Of a stretch of DNA of 64,000 bases, positions 1 to 9,989 are shown piece by piece. Every line of letters begins with the position of its first letter. The stretch's first letter is position 1. A program made the position numbers and the translations under genes. Under the pieces are notes generated by a model. It was not told where the DNA came from, did no database searches, and was given only the letters and a program-made list of their open reading frames with translations. This DNA comes from a virus, in IMG/VR virus record IMGVR_UViG_3300046010_005562. The stretch is one strand, 5' to 3'.

Positions 1-76
1 TTACTTCTGGAGTAACATCATTTGTAACTGGATTTAATTTATATGAGGGGTCAATAAGATCCCCTACACAAGCCAT
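1..76 (-). CDS. 5' part of a hypothetical protein running off the window edge (MACVGDLIDPSYKLNPVTNDVTPEV...)
   Basis: ATG at 74-76 preceded by AAGGA; frame open to the window edge. Confidence 0.5.
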   Translation of the reverse strand, partial: MACVGDLIDPSYKLNPVTNDVTPEV

Positions 77-83
77 TAATTCC

Positions 84-596
84 TTATCCATGATTAGCAA
101 ATTCTCCATGAAGTTGTTCTCTTAATTTTTTTACAGCAATTTCAGCTTCTTTAATATCTATAAAACACCCTAAATAAAGTTTTTTACCTTCAAATGTTAA
201 ACGTGCTTCCCATTTTTTATTTCCCTTATTCCAAGAAACTCCCTTAACCCCTGATGTATTAGATTTAGTAATTCCTTTATTACGTTGTTGTTGGTTTTGA
301 TCAGCCTCTCTAAGATTTTCTATTCTATTATCATTCTTATTTTTTATATGATCAACAGTCAGGGGAAATTTAGGAAGATATCCATTATGATACAAAAATA
401 TAATCCTATGTGCTCGCCAACTCTTACCTAAAATACTAACCCTAACATATCCAGAATAATTATCAACACAACCTGCAACTTTCCCAATTAAATTTTTATT
501 TTTAGGATGGTATTTCCAAATAAGATTTCCATCTTCTCTATATTCAAACAATTCTCTTACTATTTTCTGTGTTAATTCGCCCATACGTCTTTCCAC
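84..596 (-). CDS. HNH homing endonuclease with C-terminal AP2-like DNA-binding domain (probable start at 584)
   Basis: RAHRII...VDHIKNKNDNRIENLR HNH motif; NTSGVKGVSWNK...KWEARL...YLGCF AP2-type motif; overlaps the nrdB 3' end. Confidence 0.9.
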   Translation of the reverse strand: MERRMGELTQKIVRELFEYREDGNLIWKYHPKNKNLIGKVAGCVDNYSGYVRVSILGKSWRAHRIIFLYHNGYLPKFPLTVDHIKNKNDNRIENLREADQNQQQRNKGITKSNTSGVKGVSWNKGNKKWEARLTFEGKKLYLGCFIDIKEAEIAVKKLREQLHGEFANHG

Positions 597-1549
597 CCTC
601 CAGATAATGCACCTTTAGCATATGCCGTTGCTCTATTTTCAAAAAAATTAGTATGCTGTGGTGCTGAAACCATTTCATCAACCCAAGTCAAAGGATTCTT
701 CTTAACTTTATATATTCCCTTTAATCCCATAGAAATCAATCTACGATCACAAATATATCGAATATAGTTTTTAAGATCATTAATATCTAATCCTTCACAC
801 TCTCCCATTTTATAACAAACTTCAATAAAGGAATCTTCAAGTTCTACCATCTTTTCTGCAATAGTATACAATTCAGATTTAAGTTCGTCTTTCCAAATAT
901 CTCTATTCTCTTCAATAAACTTTCTAAATACTTTAATCATTGCTTCACAATGTAGTTGTTCATCAAGAATAGACCAAGAAATAATTTGTCCCATACCTTT
1001 CATCTTTCCTCTGCGTGGAAAGTTTAGAAGCATTACAAAAGAACTGAATAATTGCATTCCTTCTGTAAATGCTGAGAATAATGCCATCTGTTGAGCGATA
1101 TGATTTTCATCTAGTTTTGAAAACTGTTCTATATACTCATGCTTATTCTTCATTTCCTCATATTCCATGAATTCAGCATATGTAGCTTCAGGCATTCCTA
1201 AAGTTTCAATTAGATGAGAATATGCAGCAATATGAACTGCTTCTCTAGCAGCAAAACCAAGAAGCATCATTCTTAATTCTGGTTGTTTCAAAACAGGGAG
1301 ATAATTATTTACATATCCTCCAGCAACATCAATATCTGATTGAGTAAAGAAACGGAAGATATTAGTGAGAAAATACTTTTCTTCTTTAGTTAGTGCATTT
1401 TGCCAATCTTTAATATCTTGAACGAGTTCTACTTCTGTATGTAGCCAATGCATCTTTTCATGCATTAACCAATAATCATAAAACTCTGGATAACTAAAAG
1501 GTTTAAATGTAGTTCTAGAATCTGTTAGTTTTAATTTATTTTTAGCCAT
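572..1549 (-). CDS. nrdB: Ribonucleotide reductase class Ia beta subunit
   Basis: FFTQSDIDV, EAVHIAAYS, EGMQLFSSF and DEQLH di-iron motifs; NFFENRATAY C-terminus. Confidence 0.97.
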   Translation of the reverse strand: MAKNKLKLTDSRTTFKPFSYPEFYDYWLMHEKMHWLHTEVELVQDIKDWQNALTKEEKYFLTNIFRFFTQSDIDVAGGYVNNYLPVLKQPELRMMLLGFAAREAVHIAAYSHLIETLGMPEATYAEFMEYEEMKNKHEYIEQFSKLDENHIAQQMALFSAFTEGMQLFSSFVMLLNFPRRGKMKGMGQIISWSILDEQLHCEAMIKVFRKFIEENRDIWKDELKSELYTIAEKMVELEDSFIEVCYKMGECEGLDINDLKNYIRYICDRRLISMGLKGIYKVKKNPLTWVDEMVSAPQHTNFFENRATAYAKGALSGGWKDVWAN

Positions 1550-1550
1550 A

Positions 1551-1709
1551 TCAATCCTTATTATTAGTATCTTTAAATTCTTCTTTCAGATCTTGAATCA
1601 AAGTTCTTATGTTTGTTCCAAGATACATATACGTCTTTCCATATTCTAATTCAAATTCAGTTAAACATCTTTTTAAGATAGATTTTAATCTTTGTTCTTC
1701 AGTTATCAT
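1551..1709 (-). CDS. Small hypothetical protein, 52 aa (MITEEQRLKSILKRCL...), below the ORF-track cutoff
   Basis: Read manually; fills the nrdA-nrdB gap and its stop abuts the nrdB start. Confidence 0.55.
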   Translation of the reverse strand: MITEEQRLKSILKRCLTEFELEYGKTYMYLGTNIRTLIQDLKEEFKDTNNKD

Positions 1710-1772
1710 ATCACACATCCATATTTTTCATATTAATCTCTAATATATATTCATCAAAGAATATTTCCACAA

Positions 1773-3578
1773 TTACGAATGACATGCAATGCAATCATCA
1801 CCGTTAATAATATCATTAAGGTTAATTTCTTCAATTATTTGTCTTTCTATCTGTCTTGATACTTTATCTGCCTTCTTTAAACTATCTGATCTGCAATAAT
1901 ATAATGTAGGAAGTTTATGTTTCCAAGCCATAAAATGAATAGCATGTAAATATTTAATATGAGAATCCGGTCTAAAGAATAGATTTACTGATTGTGTTTG
2001 ATCAATAAACTTTTGTCTATCAGAAGCAAGTTCTACTACCCATCTTTGATCAATTTCCATAGCAGTTTTAAATACTTCTTTTTCATCTTCTGAAAAGATG
2101 TCCATATGTTGGATTGAACCATCATTAGAAATAATATCCAACCATACATCATCATAACTTATTTTTGCATTTTTTTCAAGCTTTTCTTTAATCAATCCGT
2201 CTAATACATGATTTTTATTTAGGTGTGAACCTGACATTGTATCTTGACGATAAGCATTGGCTCTAATAGGTTCAATGGAAGGACTAATATTACCCATAAT
2301 AATAGAAGTAGAAGCTGTTGGAGCAATAGCCATTACATGACTAAATCTCTTATAACCTTTACCACCACCAGAAATATAATCCATACAACTTCCTCTTTCT
2401 TCTCCGATTTCACTATTAGCAATATCTAAATGATCTCTAATATTCTTGAATATTTGCATATTCCTAGATTTAGCTAAAGCTGATTCAAAAGGAATATTAT
2501 TTTGTTGTAAGTATGTATGGAATCCTAATACACCAACACCAATAGCTCTTTCCATAGCTGCCGAATAAGAAGCTCTTGAAATAGCATCTGGAGCCTTAGA
2601 AATAAATTTACTTAAAACATTATCAAGCATTTCTGCAATATCTTTGAAGAATTGATAATTATCTTTATATTCGTCATAATATCTTAAATTAACAGAAGAT
2701 AAACAACAAACAGCAGTTCTTTTAGAATCTGTAGGTAGAAGGATTTCAGTACAGATATTACTTTGTTTAATTGATAATCCTAGATTCTTTTGAAACTCTG
2801 GCATTTGTTCATTAGCAGTATCAATGAACAACAAAAATGGTTCTCCATTTTGCATTCTCATTTCAATAATCTTCTGCCACAATTCTTTTGCAGATACTGT
2901 TTGTTTAATATTATTAGGATTATGATGATCAAATAAATCCCAAGAATCATCAAAATTAGGATCAATCATACATTGTTCAATAATACTCATAAACTTATCA
3001 GTTAGAATAATACCATGATGTAAATTTAAACACTTTACATTTTGATCACCAGTAGGTTTCCTCATTTCCAAAAACATAAGAACATCAGGATGATCTATTT
3101 TCAAATATGCTGCATAAGAACCTCTACGAGTTTCTCCTTGACGATAAGCAAGACAAGAAGCATCATATATCTTTAGATGAGGCATTACTCCAACCGACTT
3201 ATCATCAGCAGAACGAATATCGACACCAATACCAACTCCTCCACCTAGCATAGAAAGAGTATTTACTTCAGAAAGAGTATCTACAAGACCGGAAGAAGAA
3301 TCTTGCATATATGAAAGAAAACATGAAATAGGAAGACCGTTCTTAGATTTACCATAAGATAAAATAGGAGTAGCAAAAGATAACCAATGTTTAGAAGAAT
3401 AGTCATATAATCGTTGTGCATGTTCTTTATTAGTAGCAAAAGAATTAGCAACAAAAGCAAATCTTTGTTGTGGAGATTGCTCTTCTTCTTTCATATAAGA
3501 TTCTTTTAATCTTTTAATTCCAAGTGAATCAAATAAATTATCTCTCTCTGGTTCTATGTTAATTCCTAGATATTCCAT
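1773..3578 (-). CDS. nrdA: Ribonucleotide reductase class Ia alpha subunit, short form without an ATP cone
   Basis: ATPIL, PISCF, QSNICTEI, AIAPTAS, TLYY and C-terminal CxxC (CIAC). Confidence 0.97.
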   Translation of the reverse strand: MEYLGINIEPERDNLFDSLGIKRLKESYMKEEEQSPQQRFAFVANSFATNKEHAQRLYDYSSKHWLSFATPILSYGKSKNGLPISCFLSYMQDSSSGLVDTLSEVNTLSMLGGGVGIGVDIRSADDKSVGVMPHLKIYDASCLAYRQGETRRGSYAAYLKIDHPDVLMFLEMRKPTGDQNVKCLNLHHGIILTDKFMSIIEQCMIDPNFDDSWDLFDHHNPNNIKQTVSAKELWQKIIEMRMQNGEPFLLFIDTANEQMPEFQKNLGLSIKQSNICTEILLPTDSKRTAVCCLSSVNLRYYDEYKDNYQFFKDIAEMLDNVLSKFISKAPDAISRASYSAAMERAIGVGVLGFHTYLQQNNIPFESALAKSRNMQIFKNIRDHLDIANSEIGEERGSCMDYISGGGKGYKRFSHVMAIAPTASTSIIMGNISPSIEPIRANAYRQDTMSGSHLNKNHVLDGLIKEKLEKNAKISYDDVWLDIISNDGSIQHMDIFSEDEKEVFKTAMEIDQRWVVELASDRQKFIDQTQSVNLFFRPDSHIKYLHAIHFMAWKHKLPTLYYCRSDSLKKADKVSRQIERQIIEEINLNDIINGDDCIACHS

Positions 3579-3595
3579 ATTTTATCCTTTATTAT

Positions 3596-4192
3596 TTAAG
3601 CTAAATTGTGTTTTTGTAAAATTGACTTTATATCCGCTGGAGAAAATGTACTAGGTTTTTGAATCTTTCCAAATTCATTTTTAATAACCTTTCCATTTTC
3701 TGAAATCTTACTCATATTACTACGAGATACTTCATCCCAAACTTCTTGTAATGGTATATTTAGTGTTTTTGCTAGAATGACTAATTCTTTCAATAGTGTA
3801 ATTACAGAATATTCTATGTAATCCTTATTTTGTAAGTTATACTCTAATCTAACTTTTACATATTCTTCAATAATATAGCATACTGTTAATCCTACATCAT
3901 TTGGTTCAGATTCTGCAAAATCTATCCACTCTTTAACATTTTGCCAAATTTTTATCAAATCTAATTCTAGACTGATACAAAAGCCTTCAATAACCCAGAT
4001 TGAATCAGCAATACCATCAGCAATACCAACAATATTATTTAGATCATATTCTTTAATGGTTTCATGAATAACTTCTTCGGTAATCAATCTCATATAAAGA
4101 TTTGATTGAAAACTAAATCCATATTCTACTTGATCACCAGCCACCATAAAATCTCTAACGTCATTTCTAGTATTAATCATATATAATCTCAC
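3596..4192 (-). CDS. MazG-like/PRA-PH nucleoside triphosphate pyrophosphohydrolase, apparently internally duplicated
   Basis: LITEE...ADGIADSIWV and WDEVSRSNMSK...GKIQKP motifs. Confidence 0.8.
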   Translation of the reverse strand: MRLYMINTRNDVRDFMVAGDQVEYGFSFQSNLYMRLITEEVIHETIKEYDLNNIVGIADGIADSIWVIEGFCISLELDLIKIWQNVKEWIDFAESEPNDVGLTVCYIIEEYVKVRLEYNLQNKDYIEYSVITLLKELVILAKTLNIPLQEVWDEVSRSNMSKISENGKVIKNEFGKIQKPSTFSPADIKSILQKHNLA

Positions 4193-5001
4193 TTGTTAAA
4201 TTTATGTTCGATATCTGCTCTATGTTGTTTCCAACCTCTAAAATTCTTATTAAATTTAGTATCTTTTGTTGGAGTTGCTTGATGTTCAGTAGGACTAGCA
4301 TGAATTGGAATAGACCCAACTAAATCTTCATATAATTTAAAATCTTTTTCTTTACTAGGAACCTTTCCATCATGAGTAAGATAACTCACCCTAGCACATC
4401 TAGAAGATGACATTTTAATACAATCATCCAAAGGGTAATCTATAAATTCTATGTCAGTTACATATGGTAAGTGCCATTCTCCATATTTTAACTTATCAGG
4501 AATATTTCTAAGATAAATTTCTAGCATTAGATCTGCAAGAACTTTAATTTCAGGTTGTGCATCTTTATGACAACGAAGTTGAAAAAAATTTTCCCATTCA
4601 GTAGATGTTACAATAGTCTTAGTATACATCCAAGGTTCAATTATTCTATTAGCAATCTGTTTATGTAATCCTAACTTACACAAAAGATATGCAAAAGAAA
4701 CCGCACTAATGGAAGCAACTTTCCATAAAATTTTACACAACAAAAGATTAATACCAGAAACTTCTTCTGTTGCTTGCATTCCTGATTTATTCTTTCCCCA
4801 AAAAACAGGAATTACTGGATCTGAAATGATATCCTTAATAAGGCGCAATACAGGAATTGCTCTACTTGAAGCAGAATTTCTAGAAAATACTCTGTGAGTA
4901 TTAAATTCTGCTAAGATAAATCTAGGATATTTCAATTCAAATGTAGTCAGCCTAATACCTTTAGGTGAAACACTATCTAAAATAATTTTAACTTCAATCA
5001 T
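4189..5001 (-). CDS. thyX: Flavin-dependent thymidylate synthase
   Basis: EFNTHRVFSRNSASSR motif; NFFQLR..AQPEI. Confidence 0.92.
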   Translation of the reverse strand: MIEVKIILDSVSPKGIRLTTFELKYPRFILAEFNTHRVFSRNSASSRAIPVLRLIKDIISDPVIPVFWGKNKSGMQATEEVSGINLLLCKILWKVASISAVSFAYLLCKLGLHKQIANRIIEPWMYTKTIVTSTEWENFFQLRCHKDAQPEIKVLADLMLEIYLRNIPDKLKYGEWHLPYVTDIEFIDYPLDDCIKMSSSRCARVSYLTHDGKVPSKEKDFKLYEDLVGSIPIHASPTEHQATPTKDTKFNKNFRGWKQHRADIEHKFNK

Positions 5002-5465
5002 TCATAACTCCATATTTCATTTTTATAATCTTCATCCCAATAGGAATAGTATTTAGTATTACTCAAAGCCTTCCTAGCTTCCTTTAGCGATTTTCTATTT
5101 TGAATAAGAATAACAGGATATTCTCCATTTCCTGTATACATCCCACAAATATATCCTTTTTTGTCAGGATGATCTTTAAGAAATAGATATTTCTCAAATT
5201 TACCGTTATACTGATCTATAATATCCTTTAAACAAGAATCAGTCAATATTTTTATAGAGTCTACTAGAATATATAACTCAAAGTCTTTTTCAACTATTTC
5301 TTTTATTTGACTATCAAGATCTATAGCAATAACATCAACAAAAAAGTTTTTATCTAATTTAGCACTTTTTGCAAAAGGACATATAGGCATCCCATCTAAT
5401 TCTACTCTTGATTTTGATACTTTTTCTTGCCATTGTTTTACAAAATGACTTAACACTTTTTCCAT
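4998..5465 (-). CDS. Conserved phage hypothetical protein (CPFA motif)
   Basis: PICPFAK, DHP, YYSYW; coupled to neighbouring genes. Confidence 0.6.
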   Translation of the reverse strand: MEKVLSHFVKQWQEKVSKSRVELDGMPICPFAKSAKLDKNFFVDVIAIDLDSQIKEIVEKDFELYILVDSIKILTDSCLKDIIDQYNGKFEKYLFLKDHPDKKGYICGMYTGNGEYPVILIQNRKSLKEARKALSNTKYYSYWDEDYKNEIWSYE

Positions 5466-6475
5466 TTATTAAATTCCATCTTTGCTCTTAATCCATCGTA
5501 TGTATGAGTATCTATAATTCTATAAATTTCAGGTTTTGAGAATCCATTCAAAATAGCATCATTAATATCCTTAGCTTTAAAGGATTCTGGAAACAAACAA
5601 ATTTTAAATCCATTGTCAATAGATTTTTGTATCTGTTTTACAATTTGAGGATTTCTAGGCTCGTTATCATAAACAAGAATTATTTTATCTTTCCCAAGAA
5701 ATTCAGCAATCATTAAGTTGGAATCTGCTGTAGCTACAGCATTATTTAGAAATAATGAGTCGATTGGACCTTCAGTAACATATATCTTTTTAGTATGATC
5801 TAATTTATCAACACCAAATATCTTTAACTCCTCATCATATAACTTTATTGTTATATATCTAATACTACTACCGTTTAGAGATCTACCTTGAATTGCAAAA
5901 ACTTTTTTATGTTTATCTCTAAATGGAATGATAAGTCTAGGATCATTATCCATTAAAGTTTTATCATAATCTGGTTTAAATTCAGAGATAAAACTCTTAA
6001 AATCTTCCGCATAGAATAAATCCTTATGACTTCCTTTAGGAATCTTTCTACTAAGAACATATTCTTTAGCAATGTTATCATCTGGAAGACTAGATATTGA
6101 AGGTAAATTTATTTTACCTACTTCTAGTACAGTAGTTTCAAATACAGGAGCTTTGAAACTATATTCAGTTACAGGATCTTTTCTATAATTTCCTGAAGAG
6201 GTTTCTTTGAAAACTTCGAGAGAATAATCTCTACATAATGAATTATCTACCTTGGATATAAAATTATACATATTATATCCTTCATTACAATTATGACATC
6301 TATATAAGAAATCAGTTCCCTTTCTATAGATATATCCTCTGGATTTTATTTTATTCTTTTTTGAATCGTTGCAGAAAGGACACCTAAATTGAAATAGGTC
6401 TTCTTTCTTTTGTTTGAAGTTCACGAGTTTATTAGAAAGAAGTAACAGATACTTCCTGTCAATCCACACAGCCAT
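5450..6475 (-). CDS. 61: DNA primase (T4 gp61)
   Basis: CPFC...CHNC zinc finger; YVTEGPIDSLF and DNEPRN TOPRIM motifs; KDIND. Confidence 0.96.
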   Translation of the reverse strand: MAVWIDRKYLLLLSNKLVNFKQKKEDLFQFRCPFCNDSKKNKIKSRGYIYRKGTDFLYRCHNCNEGYNMYNFISKVDNSLCRDYSLEVFKETSSGNYRKDPVTEYSFKAPVFETTVLEVGKINLPSISSLPDDNIAKEYVLSRKIPKGSHKDLFYAEDFKSFISEFKPDYDKTLMDNDPRLIIPFRDKHKKVFAIQGRSLNGSSIRYITIKLYDEELKIFGVDKLDHTKKIYVTEGPIDSLFLNNAVATADSNLMIAEFLGKDKIILVYDNEPRNPQIVKQIQKSIDNGFKICLFPESFKAKDINDAILNGFSKPEIYRIIDTHTYDGLRAKMEFNKWKKC

Positions 6476-6505
6476 AGAAGTTCCCTAATTATAATGTAAA
6501 AATAC

Positions 6506-6534
6506 ATTATAAACTAAAAGAGACTAATTGTCAA
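6506..6534 (-). promoter_or_regulatory. Consensus sigma70-type promoter upstream of primase
   Basis: TTGACA-17 bp-TATAAT on the minus strand. Confidence 0.85.
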
Positions 6535-6537
6535 ATT

Positions 6538-7116
6538 TTAGTGCATCAATTTGAATGATCTTGAACAAATCCCATCAGCATCTTCTTCGATGCATCCTGT
6601 CCATGTTGAGGGGTAAGATATTACTATAGTTTTATCTACATTAAAAACTCTATTGATTTGTATAGGAACAATATCATTAATACTACAATTAGAATTTATT
6701 TCACAAATATTTAACTTTATTATGCCAAAAAATCCATCTATCTTGACAAAATCAATTATCTTGAAGTGGATTTCTTTTTTTGATTCTGGAGTTTTTAATT
6801 CCATTACTAGGATATCACCTTGTTCATCAGCATTCTTAATCCATATTAAAATATCTCCAGCAGATGATCTCCATTTACCTTCTATATATTTAACTAATCT
6901 ATCATTAGTTTCATTTCTTACCATTTCTAAATCAACATCATGATAAAGATAATTAGAAGATGTTGAAGCATCTAAAATTAAATGCTTAGGGAGAATATAA
7001 TTCCATCCCAAAATTCCAAAAAAACCAATTAAAATTCCAATTATTAAAAATATAACTTGAGTTTTTACCAAACAAGTTTTCTTAGAAAAATTTTGTTCTG
7101 GAGGAGATACTATCAT
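6538..7116 (-). CDS. Hypothetical membrane-anchored protein with probable periplasmic Cys pairs
   Basis: N-terminal hydrophobic helix; two C-terminal Cys pairs; overlaps the upstream gene. Confidence 0.6.
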   Translation of the reverse strand: MIVSPPEQNFSKKTCLVKTQVIFLIIGILIGFFGILGWNYILPKHLILDASTSSNYLYHDVDLEMVRNETNDRLVKYIEGKWRSSAGDILIWIKNADEQGDILVMELKTPESKKEIHFKIIDFVKIDGFFGIIKLNICEINSNCSINDIVPIQINRVFNVDKTIVISYPSTWTGCIEEDADGICSRSFKLMH

Positions 7117-7526
7117 TTTTTTCCACCTTTATTGTATTCGTCAACTACTTTTTTAGCAATCTCATCCAATTCTCCCTTGTCTGTAGATGGTCCTTTTATA
7201 ACTACATTATTCCATATCAATGCTAAGAATGCTGTTAATATAAATGCCAGTAAGCTCATAAACATTTTCTTTATGAGCAATAGTTCTGGTAATTCCATTT
7301 TTATAGAACTTATTTCCTTTTCTAAAGTTTCTAATTGTGGTTCTATAACAGAAACATCTCTTATATGTCTTATTTCATCTTTTAGCTTTTCTAATCTATT
7401 ATACAAATCAGTAACTTCAGTGTTCAATCTATCATTAGACCTTTGAGAATCTAACAACTGCTTCTCTAAAACCATTATTCTAGCAAGCATTTCAGCTTGT
7501 TCTTTAGTTGTGGTTTGTTGTGTCAT
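7113..7526 (-). CDS. Coiled-coil protein with a C-terminal transmembrane helix (possible holin)
   Basis: Heptad-rich N-terminus; MFMSLLAFILTAFLALIW hydrophobic segment. Confidence 0.5.
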   Translation of the reverse strand: MTQQTTTKEQAEMLARIMVLEKQLLDSQRSNDRLNTEVTDLYNRLEKLKDEIRHIRDVSVIEPQLETLEKEISSIKMELPELLLIKKMFMSLLAFILTAFLALIWNNVVIKGPSTDKGELDEIAKKVVDEYNKGGKK

Positions 7527-7589
7527 TTATTTTTATTCTCTTTATTAATATTTTTATTACTGACATAATAAAGAAATAATACATTTATA

Positions 7590-8003
7590 TTATTTGAAGT
7601 CTCTTAACTTATAAATTGTTGAATTAATTAAACCAGTAATTTCATCAACGATATTCTGAAGTTCAGAATCATCTGTAATGAATTGTCTATTAGCATCAAT
7701 CCATTGTAATAGAGAGATAGCAATAGAAAGACCATCTGCTGGTTGCATCTTAACTGGAACGTAAGTTTCTAATCTTCCATATCTTCCAGAAAAGGATTCA
7801 ATAAATTGATCAATAAGAGGAATTAGTCCGTCATAAAACTCTTTTGATGCTACATGAGCAGAATATAAAGGAGTTGTAAGATGGAAATAATGCATCATTG
7901 TAGCTGATTGTCTAACCTGAGAAAAGAACTCAGATGCTTTAGCTTTTCCATCTGCTTGTGTGTTTTGTGTTAATGCTTCTTTTAGTTCTGAGAAAGTTTT
8001 CAT
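7590..8003 (-). CDS. Dps/ferritin-like protein with a capsid-targeting-like N-terminus
   Basis: HYFHL...YSAHVASKEFYD...DQFIE resembles Dps helices; starts MKTFSELKE. Confidence 0.7.
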   Translation of the reverse strand: MKTFSELKEALTQNTQADGKAKASEFFSQVRQSATMMHYFHLTTPLYSAHVASKEFYDGLIPLIDQFIESFSGRYGRLETYVPVKMQPADGLSIAISLLQWIDANRQFITDDSELQNIVDEITGLINSTIYKLRDFK

Positions 8004-8046
8004 TAGTTTACCTATATTAGTTGTAATATAAAATATTACCTTTTGT

Positions 8047-8054
8047 TATTTATA
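8047..8054 (-). promoter_or_regulatory. T4-type late promoter
   Basis: TATAAATA in the intergenic region upstream of 8003. Confidence 0.7.
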
Positions 8055-8063
8055 TAATTTATG

Positions 8064-8270
8064 TCATTTAAAATCATTAGGAACATTTCTTTTCAATTTC
8101 ATTATAACAGGAGATTTAGGTAACTTTTTTCTTTTTGGTATGTTTTGTGGCCTAACACCAACAGTATCTGGAGTAGTTCCAGCAATATTAGCTCCTGTAA
8201 CATTAGTGGGACCACCACCAATACCACCAGATCCTGACATCTCTTCCATCATTTCTTTAAAAGTTTTCAT
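8064..8270 (-). CDS. Small putative internal head protein
   Basis: MKTFKEMMEE leader; Gly-rich middle and basic tail. Confidence 0.6.
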   Translation of the reverse strand: MKTFKEMMEEMSGSGGIGGGPTNVTGANIAGTTPDTVGVRPQNIPKRKKLPKSPVIMKLKRNVPNDFK

Positions 8271-8656
8271 ATGTTCCTTAATACATTTGCAATGTTAAAA
8301 TCTATTGAAATATCCGATGAATATATATCTTTATTTTTTATTAATTGTACAACATCTGGCATATAATCTAAATAAATTAAAAATGTTTTTAACTGACTAT
8401 ATTCATTTTTGTTAATTTTCAAAAACAACATTCTAGTTGCAGCATAATGATCAAAAGAATTATATATAGTTATTAAATGATTAAGAATTAATCTTTCTTT
8501 TAATATTCCACTATTATTATATTTCTGTAATAATCGTTTTAAATATTTAATCTTTTTCAAATCAGCAAAAAATTCTTGTTCTATGTAATAAGGACTAGTA
8601 TAATTTTTTGCTGCAAATATTAAAAAATTGGAATTATTTAAATTGATTTCAAACAT
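8267..8656 (-). CDS. Conserved T4-like phage hypothetical protein
   Basis: EFFADLKKIKYLKRLL...ERLILNHLI pattern typical of large T4-like phages. Confidence 0.7.
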   Translation of the reverse strand: MFEINLNNSNFLIFAAKNYTSPYYIEQEFFADLKKIKYLKRLLQKYNNSGILKERLILNHLITIYNSFDHYAATRMLFLKINKNEYSQLKTFLIYLDYMPDVVQLIKNKDIYSSDISIDFNIANVLRNI

Positions 8657-8675
8657 TATATAAAGAATAAAAAAA

Positions 8676-9098
8676 TTATTTTACTATAGCTGATACAGAA
8701 TATCCATAATCTCCTTCAGAATAAGAAATATTTAATGATAAATCAGTTTTTCTTAATGGTTCTTTTAATGAAGTGATTTCACCAGAGTCATCTTCTGGAG
8801 TTACTTTTGCTCCTGTTATAGAAGCTTGAGATACTGGTATTTTTAAAGTACCACTATGAAATTTATTATCAGGAATACTAATATCACCTAATTCTATAGA
8901 ATACATAGAAAGTATTTTTCTAATTTTATGTAGAGCAACTTCTATACTTTCAAACTCTTGAGCTAATTCAAGTTTCAAATTTTTATTAATTTCATTTACT
9001 GTTTTTGTATTAGAAATATCAGAATGTTCTTTATCTAGAGATACTACAGTAACATGAGTTCCCATAGCTTCTAAAACAAATTCTTTAAAAGTTTTCAT
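8676..9098 (-). CDS. Putative head protein with capsid-targeting-like leader
   Basis: MKTFKEFVLE N-terminus. Confidence 0.6.
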   Translation of the reverse strand: MKTFKEFVLEAMGTHVTVVSLDKEHSDISNTKTVNEINKNLKLELAQEFESIEVALHKIRKILSMYSIELGDISIPDNKFHSGTLKIPVSQASITGAKVTPEDDSGEITSLKEPLRKTDLSLNISYSEGDYGYSVSAIVK

Positions 9099-9110
9099 AT
9101 ATCTTACCTA

Positions 9111-9140
9111 AAAAATAGGGGGAGATAACCTCCCCCTTTT
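9111..9140 (-). terminator. Rho-independent terminator
   Basis: AGGGGGAG/CTCCCCCT stem flanked by A/T runs. Confidence 0.8.
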
Positions 9141-9155
9141 AAATTAATAAACTAA

Positions 9156-9962
9156 TTAAGCTCCAGGAAAATATGGAGAAGCTGAATTAGCAGTTACTGG
9201 ATTTGAATTAGAAAGAGCGACTAAACATTCAGCATGTACTCTTCCAACTCTACCACCAGGAGTTAATGTAAATATTAATGTTTGATTATTAGCATTTGCA
9301 TTAGAAGTAGCTGTTGGTAAAGAAGAATATCCACTACCAGTTGCAGCTAGAATAACAGAAACGTTATTTGTTCCTATAACAGAAACATAAGCATTTGCAG
9401 GGGTAGTATTTGCGCCTACAAATGATACATATCCGTTAGCATATCGTAATGTTGAACTTACATTTGAAACTGAAATTCCTGAAACAAATCCAAATCCTTG
9501 AGTAACATGCTGCCAACCAACATGAGCTACAGCATTATCAAAAACATCGCCATTACCAAAGGTAGCATTAGCTGCTCTAGATTTGTTAACTAAATAAGTA
9601 TTGTTGTCATAATTAACATCATTATACTTATTAGGGTTATATACAATAGAAGCATCAAAAGTAAATAGATCTCCAGTTGAAACTTTTGCAAGAATTGGAT
9701 TTGAAATGTAGATGCTTGTATTTGTGTTAATTTGAACAATTGTTACATTTCCAGCAAAGAATCCTGGAACTGCGCTTGAAACGTTAATATTATTACCAGA
9801 CACGAACATACCTACTGAAAGAGCAGAAGTGTCTGTGAAATATAAAGTATTACCAGAATTAGTAGAAGAAGTTGTAGAGAGTTGTCTTACATCTCTAACA
9901 TTTCTTTCTTTTGGAAACTTTGGTATACTAGCTTGATTATCTGAAATTCCCCATATTGACAT
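9156..9962 (-). CDS. Virion structural protein, Asn/Ser/Thr-rich
   Basis: MSIWG..D start, AHVGW, R...ECLVA motifs typical of T4-like virion proteins; tandem late promoters upstream. Confidence 0.7.
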   Translation of the reverse strand: MSIWGISDNQASIPKFPKERNVRDVRQLSTTSSTNSGNTLYFTDTSALSVGMFVSGNNINVSSAVPGFFAGNVTIVQINTNTSIYISNPILAKVSTGDLFTFDASIVYNPNKYNDVNYDNNTYLVNKSRAANATFGNGDVFDNAVAHVGWQHVTQGFGFVSGISVSNVSSTLRYANGYVSFVGANTTPANAYVSVIGTNNVSVILAATGSGYSSLPTATSNANANNQTLIFTLTPGGRVGRVHAECLVALSNSNPVTANSASPYFPGA

Positions 9963-9989
9963 AATTGGTATCCTATAAAAAGTTATTGA

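Noticed and set aside
9156-9962. Enrichment of canonical N-x-S/T sequons
   Set aside because: I count about 10 of 34 Asn, close to what the high Ser/Thr content would give, so it is not convincing alone.
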